A stretch of 62,326 nt of DNA, the filler included. It is 4 parts of 4 records of this genome, joined end to end, with 100 filler letters (N's around TTAATTAATTAA, not from the genome) between each part and the next. Parts side by side here need not be neighbours in the genome. Positions count along the whole stretch, not along the records: positions 31,587 to 62,326 come from SRR31156797_6820; 3 more parts are not named here. One strand, written 5' to 3'. Below the pieces are notes generated by a model, which had not been told where the DNA came from, ran no database searches, and saw nothing but the letters and a program-made list of their open reading frames with translations. Both the position numbers and the translations under genes were made by a program. Shown piece after piece: positions 59,903 through 62,326 of this stretch (position 1 is the first letter of the stretch; every line of letters starts with the position of its first letter).

Positions 59903-60424
59903 TTATTGGCTGGCAACTTTAAGGAAGGCCTGCATATAAAATGGCAGGTCCGGGGGGCGGCGGCTTGATACCAGATGGCCATCTGTAACCACGGCTTCAT
60001 CAACCCATTTTGCCCCGGCGTTTTCCATATCATCTTTAATTCCGGGTGTGGAAGTAACGGTTTTTCCTTCCAGGATTTTTGCCGAAATCAGTACCCAGCC
60101 TGCATGGCATATCTGGCCAATGGGTTTTTGATGATCATTCATGTACTTTACCATATCGACTACTTCGGGATATCGCCTGAGTTTGTCCGGTGCCCAGCCT
60201 CCGGGAATAAGTATCCCATCATAGTCTGACGCTATAATGTCCCGGAAGCTAGAATTCGATTTTGCCGGAACGCCATATTTTCCGGTATATGTTTGCTCCT
60301 TTTTTGCGGCTACAAGATCAACCGTGGCTCCTTCGCCCCGCAGGTTAAGCACCGGGTACCACAATTCAAGGTCTTCAAAATCATTTTCAAGAAGTTGGAT
60401 GAATCGTTTTCCTTTAAGTTTCAT
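59903..60424 (-). CDS. PfpI/DJ-1 family (type 1 glutamine amidotransferase-like) protein
   Basis: FEDLELWYP, IPGGWAPDKLR, ICHAGW and SSRRPPDLP. Confidence 0.92.
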   Translation of the reverse strand: MKLKGKRFIQLLENDFEDLELWYPVLNLRGEGATVDLVAAKKEQTYTGKYGVPAKSNSSFRDIIASDYDGILIPGGWAPDKLRRYPEVVDMVKYMNDHQKPIGQICHAGWVLISAKILEGKTVTSTPGIKDDMENAGAKWVDEAVVTDGHLVSSRRPPDLPFYMQAFLKVASQ

Positions 60425-60632
60425 GGCTTATATTTTTTGGGTTTTTGTTTCCAAATTTCTGTCCGGTTAATGTTGTAATTCTCAATAAATAAAGGTTGGA
60501 AATGTTAAAAAGTTCAGATGCACCGCATAAAACCCTGAGAAAATTAACACCGGTTTAGAAGTCGACAAAAGCCAAAATTGGGAATAGAATAAGTCAATGC
60601 CGAATCTCAAACAGGTCCGAATAAAACTTCGG

Positions 60633-60956
60633 TTATAAATCATTTTTCAGATCTTCAAGAAAAGACCTGATTTTTTTAAGCGAGCGGACCACTTCAGCTC
60701 TATCGATGGTGTCTTCCTTGTTTTCGGTGAGTTTTTTTCGTGCTCCTTCCAGGGTAAAGCCGCGTTCTTTAACCAGGTGATAAATGGTGTGTAGGTTTTT
60801 AACATCTTCAGGCCTGAAGAGCCTGTTTCCTTTTTTGTTTTTGGCAGGTTTGATGATGTTGAATTCCTTCTCCCAAAAACGTACCTGTGAAGTAGTTACA
60901 TTGAGCATTTTGGCAACTTCTCCAATGGTATAGTATAATTTTTCTGGTGGTAACAT
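60633..60956 (-). CDS. MerR-family transcriptional regulator
   Basis: KLYYTIGEVA, VRFWEKEF, KGNRLF and GFTLEGAR. Confidence 0.92.
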   Translation of the reverse strand: MLPPEKLYYTIGEVAKMLNVTTSQVRFWEKEFNIIKPAKNKKGNRLFRPEDVKNLHTIYHLVKERGFTLEGARKKLTENKEDTIDRAEVVRSLKKIRSFLEDLKNDL

Positions 60957-61054
60957 TTTACAGATGGTTATCCATTACAGGTAATCGGTCTTGTTTATTC
61001 AGAATCGATATAATTCGCAAGTCACATTAATTATTTAATTTTTTGGCCAGTAAA

Positions 61055-62026
61055 TTAATCTAATGTTTGTGAGGGTTTTTCGGAAAGTTCAAGAATCAAT
61101 TCGTATTCCTCAGGTGTCAGGTCGTTAAAAAAGAAGTTTATAGGGTCAACGGATTTTTTGCTTTTCTTAACCTCGTAATGAAGGTGTGGTGCGGTTGATT
61201 TTCCGGTATTACCAATCGTGGCTATTACCTGGCCCCGCTTAACTTTTTGGCCTTTTTTTACCAGCAGATCATTGCAATGTGCATAGAATGTTTGATATCC
61301 AAAACCATGATCAATCGTAATACTGTTTCCATAGCCTCTCTTGGATTTAACCACTTTTACAACTTCACCGTCACCGGTTGCATATATTTCCGTTCCCACC
61401 GGAGCACTAAAATCAACTCCTTCATGAAATTTCATCACCTTGTAGAAGGGATCCATCCGGTAGCCGAAATAGGATGAAAGCCTTTTTAAGTCTTTATTGT
61501 TTACAGGCTGAATTGCCGGCATCGCCGATAAGAATGCAGCTTTGTTTTTGGCCATCTCAAAAACTTCATCAAACGATTTTGATTGTACAACCAGCCGACC
61601 CGTGAGCATATCAAGCTTTTTGGTGGTCTCGATGAGAATATCGGAATTTTTGTATCCTTCTAGTTTTGCATACCTGTTGGCACCGCCGTAACCGGCCTTT
61701 CTTACTGCGGAGGGAATGGGCTCAGCCTCAAAAATAACCCTGTAAATGTTGTCGTCGCGGTCTTCAATTTCATCCATCACCAGCATTACATGGTCCAGCT
61801 TGTCGTTGAGCACTTCATATTGGAATTGCATTTGCGCCAGTTCGCGCTTCAGCATTTTTTCTTTGGGTGAATCAAAAAAGCTGTAGGCCAGGAAAACTAC
61901 ACCGGAGGCAAATAACAAACTGCTTACCAGCCAAAGAAAAACCCTGCCTAAAATTTTTTTTAGCGGCCGGCGCACCCGCTCATAGTTTAGTGTAGATGGA
62001 TTGTAAACAAATTTTTCTTTTGCCAT
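61055..62026 (-). CDS. M23 family metallopeptidase
   Basis: FHEGVDF, GYGN, YAH and STAPHLHYEV. Likely ATG at 62026. Confidence 0.93.
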   Translation of the reverse strand: MAKEKFVYNPSTLNYERVRRPLKKILGRVFLWLVSSLLFASGVVFLAYSFFDSPKEKMLKRELAQMQFQYEVLNDKLDHVMLVMDEIEDRDDNIYRVIFEAEPIPSAVRKAGYGGANRYAKLEGYKNSDILIETTKKLDMLTGRLVVQSKSFDEVFEMAKNKAAFLSAMPAIQPVNNKDLKRLSSYFGYRMDPFYKVMKFHEGVDFSAPVGTEIYATGDGEVVKVVKSKRGYGNSITIDHGFGYQTFYAHCNDLLVKKGQKVKRGQVIATIGNTGKSTAPHLHYEVKKSKKSVDPINFFFNDLTPEEYELILELSEKPSQTLD

Positions 62027-62218
62027 AGCAATTATATCAGGCCTTCGCCGGCGCAAAATTAACCAAAAAAACTAATTTTGCAACGCTCAAACGGCAGGGT
62101 CAACCGTCTTTTATCAACCTGTTAACTATTTGATAAACAGGATTTTATTTTTGATATTTTGATAACTGAACTGATTAGGATCCTCTTTTAAACTTCAACA
62201 CTAAACGACAAAAATTGT

Positions 62219-62326
62219 ATGAAATCTGCTGATGTAAGGCGCACATTCTTAGAGTTTTTCGAAAGCAAACAGCATAAAATCGTACCATCTGCACCCATGG
62301 TGGTTAAAAACGATCCAACCCTGATG
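62219..62326 (+). CDS. alaS: Alanine--tRNA ligase, N-terminal fragment (window edge)
   Basis: [36 protein letters not shown]. Confidence 0.93.
   Translation, partial: MKSADVRRTFLEFFESKQHKIVPSAPMVVKNDPTLM

Noticed and set aside
1-62326. CRISPR arrays, tRNA or rRNA genes, retron or DGR signatures
   Set aside because: I saw no regularly spaced repeats, tRNA/rRNA motifs or reverse transcriptase by eye.

Overview
The window joins four unrelated contigs through artificial 100-nt spacers (N44-TTAATTAATTAA-N44 at 11256-11355, 25666-25765 and 31487-31586). (1) 1-11255: the head-to-tail morphogenesis module of an HK97/lambda-like siphovirus on the minus strand. It has a -1 frameshift site in the tail assembly chaperone and an unusual five-gene block between the head-tail connector and head-closure genes. 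(2) 11356-25665: signalling and transport genes that look Desulfobacterota-like, including a formate/nitrite channel split by an in-frame TGA. (3) 25766-31486: a defence island with a 5'-broken type III restriction Res gene, then SIR2 and HerA, followed by a ~150-bp MITE-like element. (4) 31587-62326: a Bacteroidota segment with RND efflux, a sulfatase, saccharopine-pathway genes, pfkA, CCA enzyme, miaA and the start of alaS. The best candidate for an undescribed system is a compact four-gene cassette at 39746-43717. It encodes a bacterial voltage-gated (BacNav-type) ion channel overlapping a TerB-like/PD-(D/E)XK nuclease gene, followed by two different UDG-superfamily DNA glycosylases, and it is plausibly an anti-phage system. 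All calls come from reading motifs by eye; no database searches were run.
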